The position numbers and the translations under genes were made by a program. Below the pieces are notes generated by a model. It did not search any database and had not been told where the DNA came from. It saw nothing but the letters and a program-made list of their open reading frames with translations. DNA of 63,991 nucleotides, filler included, from Olpidium bornovanus S191 (lineage: Eukaryota > Fungi > Olpidiomycota): assembly GCA_017911155.1 (NCBI GenBank). It is 26 parts of 26 records of this genome, joined end to end, with 100 filler letters (N's around TTAATTAATTAA, not from the genome) between each part and the next. Parts side by side here need not be neighbours in the genome. Positions count along the whole stretch, not along the records: positions 56,105 to 58,507 come from JAEFCI010011215.1; positions 58,608 to 59,690 come from JAEFCI010005461.1; positions 59,791 to 63,991 come from JAEFCI010002147.1; 23 more parts are not named here. One strand, given 5' to 3'. Positions 57,351 to 63,991 of this stretch are shown here, one piece after another (position 1 is the stretch's first letter; each line of letters begins with the position of its first letter).

Positions 57351-58606
57351 GCACGGACCCATTTTCGTGCGCTGCCGCTGCTGCTGTAAAAGCCCAGTCC
57401 GGAAGTCGCAGGGGGCAGCGCGGCCAACTCCACGCGGCCTACGTGCGTGCCCGCTGCGCCGTTATAGCCGACGACGGAAGGTGTTGGGTCGGCGGTGTGC
57501 GTGGTACACTTCGAGTCCAGACCGCGACGGACGGCCCTGGGCAGCGCAGGTTGCAGCCGAATCACAGGGAGACTGAACACGGGGAGTCCTCGACGGCGTC
57601 CTGCCGGCAATTCTCCGCGAGAGGGACGAACGGCGCACCGCGTGGCCTCGTCGTCGTTCGTGGTCTTCCGTCGTTCGCGGTCGCCGTTGTCGTGGTCGTC
57701 GGCGCCGGTCAGGCGGGAAGATGGCGGAGTACCAGCAGTGGGTCTGTCACGTGACTGGGAGAGGGCGGCACGCTCCTTCCGAATTTCCCGCGACCTTCGG
57801 CTCCTTCCGTGCGCCACAGTCCCGCGACGCTTCCCTTTGGCAAACAATGGCCACCGGCGGCGGAGGCAGAGGAGGAGGAACAGGCAAGGGCGGCGGCTGT
57901 GGCGTTTCGACCGCCCGTCAAGGGCAGAAACGCCCAGCCGATGATTTCCCCGCCACCGGGAGGGAGAAGCGGAGGACGAAGTTCCAGGTGCAGAGGAACA
58001 TCGAAGTCCAGTCTGCACCTTCGGCCGGCGCCGTCGTTGACATTGAGGCGTTTGCCGAGGTACGTGCTATGGACCCTGGCTTGGGCCTCGGGGAAATCTG
58101 AAAACTGTAATACGGCGCGTTGTGGGAAAAGCGCTAATTTTTATGTCTTCTTTACATTGTTTAAGTCGCGCGCGCTGGAAATCAAGGCAATGGAAGATGC
58201 ACTGGACCGTGCGGCGTGAGTTGCATAACCAAACCCAGTCGCCGTCTTTGCCTTCTCCGACCCTCCTGGTGCGCCGCACGCGGCGCTGGTTCTCTTACGC
58301 GAAGGTACCGTTATCACTATAGCAAAGGTGGCTACCACCGCACTTTTCAGACCCTTCCCAGGCATATGCGCCGGCGTGCAGCGTCCCATAACGTGAAGCG
58401 GCTTCCAAGAAGATATCGCGAAAGGGCTTTGAGGGAGGTACGGGCTGCGTGCATAAAAGTTTAACTTGCAGTTCAGTGGGACGATTAACCAAGCTTTACT
58501 TCTCATGNNNNNNNNNNNNNNNNNNNNNNNNNNNNNNNNNNNNNNNNNNNNTTAATTAATTAANNNNNNNNNNNNNNNNNNNNNNNNNNNNNNNNNNNNN
58601 NNNNNN

Positions 58607-59187
58607 NCATGCTCGTGAAGCAGATGGGAGGCCACGTCGACATCGTGTCGAAAGTCGGGAAAGGGACGGTCGTGACGGTCGAGCTTCCCGTGGAGATATG
58701 CGACGACGCGCACGAGGGGCCTCCGTCGCCGAAGCGGCCCGCGTGCCCCGCGTTCGGCAGGGACCACGACGGCAAGGCGGAATGCTCGAAGCAGCGGCGG
58801 TCCTCGAGGGAAGACCTGCTGAAAGACACGATCTCGAGGCTGAGGAAGATCGGGTCGAGGATGTCGATCTGCACCAGCCGCTCGGAACATTCGCCGCCGC
58901 TTTTGGCGCAGCCCGAGCACGCCTCGGCCCACCACCACCAGCCGGACGGAGACCCCGGGTCGAGGTGCGCGCCGGCCGAGCTCGGGCCCGCGGAGGCGCA
59001 ACCGGGCAACCAGGGCGGCGATCCGGGAAAGCCGGCGAAAACGGGCGCGGGCCCCAGGGCCGACTCGGCGGACGGAGGCCACATCAACGTTCTGGTGGTT
59101 GAGGACAACGAGGTCGTTCAAAAGGTCCAGTCCAGGCTGCTCGCGAAGCTCGGGTACATCGGTAGGCTCGCTCAAAAGGGCTTGGGT

Positions 59188-59218
<31 letters not shown>

Positions 59219-59230
59219 CGGGGGGGGGGG

Positions 59231-59267
<37 letters not shown>

Positions 59268-59523
59268 CGCGGGCGAGCGCCGGTGGGCCGCGGCAGGTTT
59301 TTGCTGACCGCGGCGCTTTTTTTGCCGACCGCCGGAATTTGGAATAGTCGACGTCGCGAACAACGGGGCCGTCGCCGTCGAGAAAGTGAACAGCCATTCA
59401 AACTACGACTTGATCTTGTGGGTGCATGGTTGTATCAGGCGTCCGACTCGGGTCGCAATCACTCCGGCGACGAGCTGACAATGAAAGGCTGCCGCAGAAT
59501 GGACCTTAACATGCCCGTGATGG
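58607..59523 (+). CDS. Hybrid histidine kinase fragment (end of HATPase plus receiver domain)
   Basis: LVKQMGGHVDIVSKVGKGTVVTVELP; VLVVEDNEVVQKVQSRLLAKLGYI|VDVANNGAVAVEKV...YDLIL|MDLNMPVM|. Confidence 0.9.
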
Positions 59524-59536
59524 TAAGACCCGGTCG

Positions 59537-59572
<36 letters not shown>

Positions 59573-60310
59573 CCCCGCCCCCCCGCCCAGCGAGCGCACG
59601 CGACACGGTCCCCTCCTGGAACAAAGGGCCAGCCTGCCTATGCCATCGGCTGCGCCTTGGGAAAGCTCTCTGGCCCTGTGCCGATTACGCNNNNNNNNNN
59701 NNNNNNNNNNNNNNNNNNNNNNNNNNNNNNNNNNTTAATTAATTAANNNNNNNNNNNNNNNNNNNNNNNNNNNNNNNNNNNNNNNNNNNNCATGCAGGTG
59801 TGAGAAAAGTTTACACCGAGTCGGCCGACAAAGCCAATACAAACGACATCCCCCTGCCCGTCACCTCCAATGCAAAAAAAAAAAAAAAACGTGAGGCTGC
59901 CAGAGTCACACTACCGACCACCGACCCCAACCCGGGCGCGAAGGGGATGCTCTGTGAATCAAATTGAGACGCGGTGCACGTAGATGGTCCCAAACGAGAA
60001 CGCGCACCAGGGCGAATGCCCAAAAACCCACACAACGCGGGCTGCGCGACTCGCTTGCCAAAATATCAAAACGACGCAAACTTTAACATTGGGCGGGGCG
60101 TGTGCATTAGTGCGGATATATCGAAATTTGGGTACACGAAGAGGGACACGGCATCGGAAAAAGAAACGGGGGAGAGAGATAAAGAGGGAGGGGAGGGGGG
60201 GGGGGACGGAAGCAAGAGAAAATCAAACGAGTAGACGTGTATAAATGGCCTGCAAAACGGGAGAGAAACCGCGCACTCCTTACGTCACACCGGGAACGAA
60301 CAGGATCGTT

Positions 60311-63300
60311 TCAGCCGCTGCACGAGATGCAACCTTCCTCCAGCGTGCACACGGGGAAGACGTTCTCCTTCCCGTCGCCGTCGAATTCCTGCGAGTCCTC
60401 CTCCGTCTTGCTTTTGCCCGAGACGCCGGACAGTTGGATCGGCGGCATCGGGGGTGACAGCCGGACCGCGGGCTGCGTGATAGGTGAGAAGGCGGACGCC
60501 ATGGGGGCCAGGCCATTTTTGGCCCAGGAGCTAATGGGTGAACGCCGCTCCGCCGAGGCGAACGCGGCAGCCGCGGCGGCCGCCTTCTCGCCCTCCTTGA
60601 TGTCCAGCTGGTTTACCGTGAACTTGATCGCGTCGGCCGCGGGGCGCGTCCGTAGGTAGTACATGCCCGTCTTGAGCCCTTTCTTCCAACCGTAAAAGTG
60701 CATCGAAGTCAGCTTGGCGTAGCTGGGCTCGGCCATGTGGATGTTCAGCGACTGCGACTGGTCAATGAACGCCCCTCGGTCGGCCGCGAAGTCGACGACC
60801 GTCTTCTGGGAAATTTCCCACGTCGTCTTGTAGAGGGCCTTAACGTCGTCGGGGATGTTGGGGACTGAAACGATGCGGGAAGGAGTGAATGACATTTCCA
60901 AAACAAAAAAACCCCCCTGCGAGATGGACAGGGACACGCCGCTTACTGTTTTGTATGCTCCCGTTGTCCGAAATGATCTTGTTCTTCATTGACTCATTCC
61001 ACAGTCCGAGGTCGACAAGCTCCTTCAGCATCCATGGGTTGACCACCTGGAACTCCCCGGCAAGCACCCGGCGTGTGTAGATGTTTGACGTGTAGGGTTC
61101 GAAACACTCGTTGAAGCCCAGGATCTGCGAGGTGGAGGCTGTGGGCATGGGGGCGACCAGGAGGGAGTGGCGGACGCCGAAGCGGGCGATCTTCGCCCGA
61201 AGTTCGTCCCAGTCCCACAACTCTGTCGGCGTGACGCCCCACATGTCGTGCTGGAGGATGCCCTTCGACACCGGAGACCCCTCATACGTCTCATACGGCC
61301 CGTCTTTTTGCGCCAGCTCCATCGACGCTTCCAACGCGCCGTGATAGATCGTCTCGAAGATCTGCTTGTTCAAAAGGCGTGCTCCGCTGCTCTCGAACGG
61401 GAGGCGCAGCTTGATGAAGGTGTCCGCGAGCCCCTGAACGCCGATGCCGATGGGTCGGTGGCGGAAATTGGAGCGTTTTGCCTCGGGAACCGGGTAGTAA
61501 TTGATGTCGATGATCTTGTTCAGGTTGCGGGCGACCACCTTGGTCACGTCGTGGAGGGCCTTGAAGTTGTACTTGTTCGTCTTCTCGTCCACGAAGGTAG
61601 GAAGCGCCAAAGACGCGATGTTACAAACGGCCACTTCTTCCGGCGAGGAGTACTCGACGATCTCGGTGCACAGGTTGCTGCATTTGATAGTACCGAGGTT
61701 CTGTTGGTTCGACTTCCGGTTGCAACTGTCCTTGTACAGCATGAACGGCGTGCCGGTCTCCGTCTGCGCTTCGACGATCAGGTGCCAGAGCTTCTGGGCG
61801 TTCATGACCTTGCGAGCTAGGCCCTTCCTCTCGTAGCTGACGTACAATTCCTTTTTGCCCCGCCCCCGCCCTTCCGAGTATCAGTTTCGGTGCATTCCGG
61901 AGCACCAAATCATAAAAAAAAAAAAAAAACAAAACGCGGCAGATCTTTCCCGCGACAGGCGCACGGAGCCGAACGCACCTCAAACGCGTCGCCCCAAACG
62001 TCAGCCAACCCGGGAGCCTCGGCGGGACAGAACAGGCTCCAGTTGTCGTTCGCCTCCACGCGCTTCATGAACAGGTCGGGGATCCAGAGGCCGTAAAAGA
62101 GGTCCCTCGCCCTGGACTCCTCCTTGCCGGTGTTCTTCTTCAGGTCAAGGAAGGTGACTATGTCCGCGTGCCAGGGCTCCAGGTAGATAGTGAAGGCGCC
62201 GGGACGCTTGTTGCCGCCTTGGTCGACGTACCTGGCGGTGTTATTGTACACGCGAAGCATGGGAAGGATTCCGTTGGAGTAACCGTTGGTGCCGGCGATG
62301 TAGGAACCGCTGGCGCGTATGCAATGGATGTTCAGGCCGATGCCGCCGGCAGATTTGGAAACCATCGCGCAGGTCTTGAGCGTGTCGTAGATGCCCTCTA
62401 TGGAGTCGTCCTTCATCGTGAGCAGGAAGCACGACGACAGCTGGGGGCGCGGCGTGCCAGAGTTGAAGAGGGTCGGGGAGGCGTGGGTGAAATATCGCTC
62501 CGACATGAGGTTGTACGTCTCGATCGCCGCGTCGACGTCCGTCCCGTGGATCCCGATGGAAACACGCATGAGCATGTGCTGAGGCCTCTCGACCGGCTTG
62601 CCGTCGATCTTCAAAAGGTACGAGCGCTCCAGAGTCTTGAAGCCAAAGTAATTGTAGCCAAAGTCGCGGTCGTATATTATCGTCGAGTTGAGGCGGTCGG
62701 CGTTGTCTCTGACCACGCGGTAGGTTTCCTCGGAGACCATGGGCGAAGGCTTGCCGTTCTTTTTGTTAACGTAGTTGTAGAGGTCTTCGATCACGGAAGT
62801 GAAGTTCTTCTTGGTCTCCTTGTGCAAGTTAGAGACGGCTATCCGGGCAGCAAGTACCGCGTAGTCCGGGTGTTTGGTGGTCATGTACGCCGCCGTCTCG
62901 GCAGCCAGGTTATCGAGTTCAACAGTTGTGACGCCCGGGTAGACACCGGTGATGACCTGTGGCAAGGTGAAAGCGGGTCAGGTTATGGGCGAAAGAAAGA
63001 GACATTCTCGAGGGGGCGCGGGCGGGCCACCGCCTTCGAGCTGTGCAGCCAGCGGACACACGCTTCCGTCCACCGCTCCCAAACAAAACCGCCCATGCAA
63101 CGGCCCCTCCCTCCCCGCACTTTCCACACACACACACACGCACACACACGCACACGCACACGCACACACCTTCTGCGTGACCTGCACAGGGTCGACGAAG
63201 TTCTGATCCAGACCGTAGCACAGCCTCGAAACGCGGGCGGTGATCTTGTCGAAGAGAACATTTTCTTTCCGCCCGTCTACGTTCGCACGCGAGGAGACAA

Positions 63301-63427
63301 AAAAAAGGGGGGGGGGGAAGGGGGAACACGAAGCGTTTGCGACGCGTGGCGGCGAAAGGGCGTGTCCGAGATCCGGAAAGGAAGTGGGGCGGGAGGCCCG
63401 ACGCGGGCCCCCGCGAAACGGAAAAGG

Positions 63428-63468
<41 letters not shown>

Positions 63469-63472
63469 CGGC

Positions 63473-63507
<35 letters not shown>

Positions 63508-63854
63508 GAGGGAGAGAGGGGCCTTAGATCGTCACCGCCCGGCCTGGATCGACCGCGAACGGCGCGCTCCGCGTTTTTTTTTTTTTTTTTTTTTTTTAAA
63601 GCGCCCGCGCGATCAAGGGAGAAAGCGCGCACGGCAAAGCAGTGCTTTTTTTTTTCTCTCCCTTTTTTACCCCTTCCCCCGTCGTTTGGTCCTTTTCGCC
63701 CCCACCCCGCCGCTCCTCCCTCCTTCCTCCACCTCCTTCGTCCTTTTCTCCCTTCCGCCGTACACACGACCGCTTCCCCCCCTCGCCTCCTTCCGCCCCC
63801 TTCCTCCCCGCCCTGCGGGCCCGTCGGTCACGCACCACGCTTGTACACGAACAT
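60311..63854 (-). CDS. RNR1: Ribonucleoside-diphosphate reductase large subunit (class Ia), complete
   Basis: MFVYKR|[23 protein letters not shown] (ATP cone); [11 protein letters not shown]; QLSSCF; [11 protein letters not shown]; SNLCTEI; [16 protein letters not shown]; [11 protein letters not shown]; C-terminal CISCSG*. Confidence 0.98.
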
Positions 63855-63896
63855 CCCTTCCTTTCGTTTCGACGCCCTGGGCGCCCTTTGTGTCTC

Positions 63897-63965
<69 letters not shown>

Positions 63966-63991
63966 GTTGTGGGGGGGGGGGGGGGGGGGGG

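Noticed and set aside
61167-61820. 217-aa plus-strand ORF
   Set aside because: Antisense shadow of RNR1 caused by high GC3.

Overview
This window is not one locus. It is about 26 short eukaryotic contigs (~1-7 kb) joined by an artificial 100-bp spacer (N44-TTAATTAATTAA-N44), so adjacency across spacers is meaningless. The DNA is GC-rich and intron-rich (GT-AG introns, CTRAY-like branch sites) and often breaks at poly-G/C/A/T tracts. Gene content points to an early-diverging, probably zoosporic fungus (chytrid- or Olpidium-like; inference): a CRIB-containing WASP, Spg1/Tem1 GTPase, Erv25, Osh-type OSBP, hybrid histidine kinase, fungal-type ASH1, a TTC6-like TPR protein, GCP2, Pol eta and RNR1. 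Transposon debris includes Gypsy gag and integrase, Copia RT/RNase H, and a PIF/Harbinger transposase. Most unusual observations: (i) a decayed, intron-containing gene with virus-like architecture (AEP primase, Zn finger, UL9/origin-binding-like SF2 helicase) in which three introns carry the same palindromic repeat; (ii) a Pol eta whose catalytic motif I is apparently built from tandem 7-nt and 9-nt micro-exons; (iii) a bacterial-type class III cyclase with degenerate catalytic residues; (iv) a kinesin lacking switch I/II; (v) a CatSper-tau (C2CD6)-like gene whose stop codon overlaps a putative LTR end; (vi) a small secreted Gly/Trp/Arg repeat protein; (vii) a COPA pseudogene broken exactly at a (TTAGGG)3 tract. 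All family assignments come from recalled motifs; no searches were run. No rRNA, tRNA or CRISPR array was seen.
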